Positions 58,475 to 64,000 of a stretch of DNA of 64,000 nucleotides are shown here, piece after piece. The DNA comes from Escherichia coli (lineage in GTDB: Bacteria; Pseudomonadota; Gammaproteobacteria; Enterobacterales; Enterobacteriaceae): assembly GCF_003018255.1 (NCBI RefSeq), contig NZ_CP027440.1, one strand, 5' to 3'. The notes beneath the pieces are model-generated. The model did no database searches. It was not told the origin of the DNA and saw only the letters and a program-made list of their open reading frames with translations. Positions within the stretch are counted from its first letter, which is position 1; each line of letters starts with the position of its first letter. A program made the translations under genes and the position numbers.

Positions 58475-58568
58475 GATGGCGATCCTGTTTATGCTCGTTT
58501 GCGATAGTTGATCCTCAGCGAGGATGACGTAACGATAACACATAAAGTAAAGTTTTCAATCCATATTT

Positions 58569-58638
58569 CGTACATTTTTCTTTACACAAGCAATTTATTC
58601 GCGCTTTTAACCCTTGTTTATGTATAAATAAATTTACA
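58569..58638. promoter_or_regulatory. TyrR boxes in the aroF promoter region
   Basis: Minus-strand TGTAAA-N6-TGTACG (58569-58586) and TGTAAA-N6-TATACA (58621-58638) match the TGTAAA-N6-TTTACA consensus. Confidence 0.5.
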
Positions 58639-58683
58639 CCACCTTTGAAAACAATCCGCTATGCTTTGAAAAAGGAGAAAGAA

Positions 58684-59049
58684 ATGATGAAAAAGTTTAT
58701 CGCCCCCTTGTTGGCTTTACTGGTTAGCGGATGTCAGATTGATCCTTATACTCACGCGCCAACCTTGACCAGCACCGACTGGTATGATGTTGGTATGGAA
58801 GATGCGATATCGGGCAACGCCATAAAAGATGACGATGCATTTAGCGATTCACAGGCGGATCGCGGTCTATACCTTAAAGGATATGCCGAAGGACAAAAGA
58901 AAACTTGCCAGACCGATTTTACTTATGCCCGAGGACTTTCCGGTAAAAGCTTTCCTGCCAGCTGCAACAATGTTGAAAATGCCAGCCAACTGCATGAAGT
59001 ATGGCAAAAAGGGGCTGATGAAAATGCCAGCACAATACGATTAAATTAA
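58684..59049 (+). CDS. yfiL: Putative lipoprotein YfiL
   Basis: 121-aa product starting MMKKFIAPLLALLVSGCQ (lipobox). Confidence 0.8.
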   Translation: MMKKFIAPLLALLVSGCQIDPYTHAPTLTSTDWYDVGMEDAISGNAIKDDDAFSDSQADRGLYLKGYAEGQKKTCQTDFTYARGLSGKSFPASCNNVENASQLHEVWQKGADENASTIRLN

Positions 59050-59198
59050 TTAAACCCCCACAAATAAATTAAACATGAGATTCTACTCATTGTGTTTTAT
59101 TTCTCACATTGATGACGACCGCATGAAAGAATGATATTTTAATGAGCATTCTGAAAAAATATCGATGCATTTCGAGCGAAGATGGTGAGGATCCCTGA

Positions 59199-59717
59199 AT
59201 GCGTTTTTCTCACCGACTGTTCTTACTGCTGATTCTCCTGCTGACGGGAGCACCAATACTCGCTCAGGAACCTTCTGACGTTGCGAAAAACGTGCGTATG
59301 ATGGTTTCCGGTATTGTCAGTTACACCCGCTGGCCTGCGCTATCAGGGCCACCAAAGTTATGTATCTTTTCATCTTCACATTTTAGTAACGCCCTACAAG
59401 AGAATGGCACGACATCTTTGCCTTATCTACCTGTCATCATTCACACTCAACAAGAGGCGATGATTTCAGGCTGCAATGGTTTTTATTTTGGCAACGAGTC
59501 ACCGACATTCCAGATGGAATTAACCGAACAATATCCGTCAAAGGCGTTATTATTAATTGCCGAACAAAATACCGAGTGCATTATTGGTAGCGCCTTTTGT
59601 CTAATCATCCACAATAATGACGTCAGATTTGCCGTAAACCTGGATGCCTTATCGCGTAGCGGTGTAAAGGTCAACCCGGATGTCTTAATGCTCGCACGGA
59701 AGAAAAATGATGGATAA
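59199..59717 (+). CDS. yfiR: Periplasmic repressor of YfiN/DgcN
   Basis: 172-aa secreted protein; first gene of yfiRNB; overlaps yfiN by 11 bp. Confidence 0.85.
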   Translation: MRFSHRLFLLLILLLTGAPILAQEPSDVAKNVRMMVSGIVSYTRWPALSGPPKLCIFSSSHFSNALQENGTTSLPYLPVIIHTQQEAMISGCNGFYFGNESPTFQMELTEQYPSKALLLIAEQNTECIIGSAFCLIIHNNDVRFAVNLDALSRSGVKVNPDVLMLARKKNDG

Positions 59718-60933
59718 CGATAATTCTCTTAATAAGCGCCCCACGTTTAAAAGAGCATTACGCAACATCAGTATGACCAGCATATTTATCACTATGATGC
59801 TGATCTGGTTGCTGCTTTCCGTGACCTCGGTGCTGACCCTGAAACAGTACGCGCAAAAAAACCTGGCACTGACAGCAGCAACAATGACTTACAGTCTGGA
59901 AGCAGCTGTCGTTTTTGCCGATGGCCCTGCAGCAACTGAAACACTGGCAGCGCTGGGCCAGCAAGGCCAATTTTCAACTGCAGAAGTGCGTGATAAGCAG
60001 CAAAATATTCTGGCATCCTGGCATTACACCCATAAGGAACCAGGCGATACTTTCAGCAATTTCATAAGCCACTGGCTCTTCCCTGCCCCCATCATTCAGC
60101 CGATTCGTCACAATGGTGAAACCATTGGCGAAGTACGCTTAACTGCTCGCGACAGTTCAATCAGCCATTTTATCTGGTTTTCGCTCGCTGTCCTGACCGG
60201 TTGTATTCTGCTGGCATCAGGCATCGCAATTACCCTCACCCGCCATTTGCACAATGGCCTGGTGGAAGCGCTGAAAAATATCACCGATGTCGTACATGAT
60301 GTGCGTTCTAACCGCAATTTTTCCCGACGAGTTTCGGAAGAACGTATCGCTGAGTTTCACCGCTTCGCTCTCGACTTCAACAGTCTGCTGGATGAAATGG
60401 AAGAGTGGCAGCTTCGTTTACAGGCCAAAAATGCGCAGCTTTTACGTACCGCGCTACATGACCCATTAACCGGGCTGGCTAACCGCGCAGCGTTTCGTAG
60501 CGGCATCAACACGTTGATGAACAATTCCGATGCCCGAAAAACGTCGGCGTTACTATTTCTTGATGGCGATAATTTCAAATATATCAATGATATCTGGGGT
60601 CATGCGACGGGCGATAGAGTCTTGATTGAAATCGCAAAACGGTTAGCTGAATTTGGCGGGCTGCGACATAAAGCATACCGCCTGGGCGGCGATGAATTCG
60701 CGATGGTGCTCTATGATGTACAGTCGGAATCTGAAGTGCAGCAGATATGCTCAGCACTGACACAAATCTTTAATCGCCCGTTTGATCTTCATAATGGTCA
60801 TCAGACCACCATGACATTAAGCATTGGTTACGCGATGACCATTGAGCATGCCTCTGCGGAAAAATTACAAGAGCTGGCCGATCACAATATGTATCAGGCC
60901 AAACACCAGCGTGCCGAAAAGCTGGTGAGATAA
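59707..60933 (+). CDS. dgcN: Membrane diguanylate cyclase (GGDEF)
   Basis: 408-aa ORF with two TM segments, periplasmic region, HAMP and GGDEF domain (RLGGDEF). Confidence 0.9.
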   Translation: MMDNDNSLNKRPTFKRALRNISMTSIFITMMLIWLLLSVTSVLTLKQYAQKNLALTAATMTYSLEAAVVFADGPAATETLAALGQQGQFSTAEVRDKQQNILASWHYTHKEPGDTFSNFISHWLFPAPIIQPIRHNGETIGEVRLTARDSSISHFIWFSLAVLTGCILLASGIAITLTRHLHNGLVEALKNITDVVHDVRSNRNFSRRVSEERIAEFHRFALDFNSLLDEMEEWQLRLQAKNAQLLRTALHDPLTGLANRAAFRSGINTLMNNSDARKTSALLFLDGDNFKYINDIWGHATGDRVLIEIAKRLAEFGGLRHKAYRLGGDEFAMVLYDVQSESEVQQICSALTQIFNRPFDLHNGHQTTMTLSIGYAMTIEHASAEKLQELADHNMYQAKHQRAEKLVR

Positions 60934-60948
60934 CAAGGATATATCGAT

Positions 60949-61431
60949 ATGATAAAGCACCTGGTAGCACCCCTGATTTTCACCTCACTAATACTGACTG
61001 GCTGCCAGTCCCCTCAGGGAAAGTTTACTCCTGAGCAAGTCGCCGCTATGCAATCTTATGGATTTACTGAATCCGCCGGCGACTGGTCGCTGGGCTTATC
61101 AGATGCCATTCTGTTCGCAAAAAATGACTACAAATTGCTCCCGGAAAGCCAGCAACAGATCCAAACCATGGCAGCCAAATTGGCCTCGACAGGGCTAACG
61201 CATGCCCGTATGGATGGACACACCGACAACTATGGTGAAGACAGTTACAACGAAGCCTTATCATTGAAACGGGCGAATGTCGTGGCCGATGCATGGGCTA
61301 TGGGTGGACAAATTCCGCGCAGCAATCTCACCACACAGGGTTTAGGAAAAAAATATCCCATAGCCAGTAACAAGACCGCCCAGGGCCGCGCCGAGAACCG
61401 CCGCGTCGCAGTGGTGATTACTACCCCTTAA
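60949..61431 (+). CDS. yfiB: OmpA-family outer-membrane lipoprotein YfiB
   Basis: 160-aa ORF with lipobox LTGCQS and OmpA-C-like peptidoglycan-binding motif (NRRVAVVI). Confidence 0.9.
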   Translation: MIKHLVAPLIFTSLILTGCQSPQGKFTPEQVAAMQSYGFTESAGDWSLGLSDAILFAKNDYKLLPESQQQIQTMAAKLASTGLTHARMDGHTDNYGEDSYNEALSLKRANVVADAWAMGGQIPRSNLTTQGLGKKYPIASNKTAQGRAENRRVAVVITTP

Positions 61432-61507
61432 AACACGAGCAAACAGATAAAAAAAGGGCCAGCCAATTGGCCAGCCCTTCTTAACAGGATGTCGCTTAAG
61501 CGAAATC

Positions 61508-61858
<351 letters not shown>

Positions 61859-61896
61859 TTAATCTCTTATCCTGGGTAAACTGATATCTCGGGGGC

Positions 61897-62664
61897 TTAC
61901 GCCATCCCATCATGTTTATGTTGCTGTTGTGCGTGTTCCGTTTTGAACTCCGCCAGCAACCTTGCTTGCTCTTCAGTCAGAGCCAGGTTTTCCAGAAGTT
62001 CAGGTCTTCTAAGCCAGGTACGGCCCAGCGACTGTTTCAAACGCCAGCGACGTATCTCGGCATGGTTGCCCGACAGTAACACTGGCGGAACTTCCATCCC
62101 TTCTAACACCTCAGGCCGCGTATAGTGCGGGCAATCCAGCAATCCTTCAGCAAAGGAATCTTCCGTTGCCGAGGCTTCATGTCCCAGTACTCCCGGAATA
62201 AACCGGGAAACGGAGTCAATCAGCGTCATTGCTGGTAACTCACCACCACTGAGAACGTAATCGCCGATTGACCATTCTTCGTCAATTTCGGTTTGGATCA
62301 CGCGCTCATCTATACCTTCGTAGCGACCGCACACCAGAATCAATTTTTGATTCGTTGCCAGTTCGCTGACGCCCGCTTGATCAAGCTTGCGTCCCTGTGG
62401 TGACAGATAAATCACCTTTGCGCCTTCACCCGCCGCGGCTTTTGCTGCATGAATGGCGTCCCGCAAGGGTTGCACCATCATTAACATCCCCGGTCCGCCG
62501 CCGTAAGGACGATCGTCCACGGTACGGTGCCGGTCATGCGTGAAGTCGCGAGGACTCCAGCTCTGGATGCTCAGCAGGCCATTTTTAACTGCCCGGCCAG
62601 TTACCCCGTAATCGGTAATTGCGCGGAACATTTCAGGAAACAGGCTAATTATGCCAATCCACAT
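61897..62664 (-). CDS. trmD: tRNA (guanine37-N1)-methyltransferase
   Basis: 255-aa ORF starting [13 protein letters not shown]. Confidence 0.95.
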
Positions 62665-62694
62665 AGCGCCGTCTTTTACCGTTTATCCGGTGGT

Positions 62695-63243
62695 TTAAAA
62701 ACCAGGATCCCAATCTACTTCGATTGAACGAGTAGTGAGATCGACTTTCTTGATAACCTGCCCATCGAGGAACGGTACGAGACGTTCCTTGATACCAAAC
62801 GCATCTTTCAGGTTTGCCTTAATGACGAGAACGTCATTAGATCCGGTTTCCATCATATCGACGACTTTACCGAGATCGTAGCCTTCAGTGGTTACTACCT
62901 GGCAGCCCATCAAGTCTTTCCAGTAGTAGTCACCCTCTTCAAGCTGAGGCAACTGCGATGAATCCACGACAATTTCACAATTCGTCAGCAGGTTCGCCGC
63001 ATCACGATCGTCAACGCCTTTCAGCTTGATGATCATGTCCTGATTGTGGTGCTTCCAGCTTTCCAGCTGGACTTGCTGCCACTGACCCGCCTTCTGGATA
63101 AACCAGGGCTGATAGTCAAAAATGCTTTCGGCGTCTTCGGTGGAAGAAAACACTCTGAGCCACCCACGAATACCGTAAGACGAACCCATTTTTCCCAAAA
63201 CGATGGGATCAACAGGTGCTTGCGCGGTGAGTTGTTTGCTCAT
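62695..63243 (-). CDS. rimM: Ribosome maturation factor RimM
   Basis: 182-aa product starting [18 protein letters not shown]. Confidence 0.9.
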
Positions 63244-63261
63244 CATGACCACCGTGACAGA

Positions 63262-63588
<327 letters not shown>

Positions 63589-63646
63589 TTACTGATTTCT
63601 GGAGAAAATGCAATCAGCAGTTAATAACTCTGTCGCATAAGGTCAT

Positions 63647-64000
63647 TTAGCGACCAGGAAATCCCGGCGGCATCATACCCTTCATGCTTCTCATCATCTT
63701 CGCCATTCCGCCCTTCTTCATTTTCTTCATCATGCGCTGCATGTCGTCGAACTGTTTCAGAAGACGGTTAACGTCCTGCACCTGCATACCGCAACCGGCA
63801 GCGATACGGCGTTTACGCGAACCTTTGATGATTTCTGGCTTAGCGCGCTCTTTCATCGTCATCGAGTTGATGATGGCTTCCATACGCACCAGCACTTTAT
63901 CGTCCATCTGCGACTTGACGTTATCCGGGATCTGCCCCATGCCCGGCAGTTTGCCCATCAGGCTGGCCATGCCGCCCATATTTTTCATCTGGCGCAGTTG
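63647..64000 (-). CDS. ffh: Signal recognition particle protein Ffh, 3' part (5' end outside window)
   Basis: Met-rich M-domain C-terminus (…MMKKMKKGGMAKMMRSMKGMMPPGFPGR); frame stays open to the window edge. Confidence 0.9.
   Translation of the reverse strand, partial: QLRQMKNMGGMASLMGKLPGMGQIPDNVKSQMDDKVLVRMEAIINSMTMKERAKPEIIKGSRKRRIAAGCGMQVQDVNRLLKQFDDMQRMMKKMKKGGMAKMMRSMKGMMPPGFPGR

Overview
This 64-kb window is a conserved Escherichia coli-type chromosomal segment, colinear with the K-12 glyA to ffh region (gene identities are from recognition of the translated products and synteny, not from a database search). It carries about 55 core genes, including the glrK-qseG-glrR two-component module, purL, the acpS-pdxJ-recO-era-rnc-lepB-lepA block, rpoE-rseABC, pheA-tyrA-aroF, yfiR-yfiN-yfiB and the rplS-trmD-rimM-rpsP-ffh cluster, plus an rrnG-type rRNA operon (16S, tRNA-Glu, 23S, 5S) on the minus strand. 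Three small features invisible to the ORF track are present: the glmY sRNA with its sigma54 promoter and three GlrR boxes, the shoB type I toxin ORF, and the pheL leader peptide with its attenuator. The only non-core DNA I can find is a single 1427-bp IS4-type insertion sequence (52804..54230) sitting exactly in the loop of the bamD terminator hairpin, upstream of raiA, flanked by a 14-bp direct repeat. Its transposase reading frame is split by one extra C in a C6 homopolymer. I found no CRISPR array, prophage, integron or unexplained multi-gene cassette, so I see no sequence support for a previously undescribed system here. Coordinates of CDSs are anchored to the ORF track; coordinates of small non-coding features were counted from neighbouring ORF boundaries and may be off by 1-2 bp (rRNA ends likewise).
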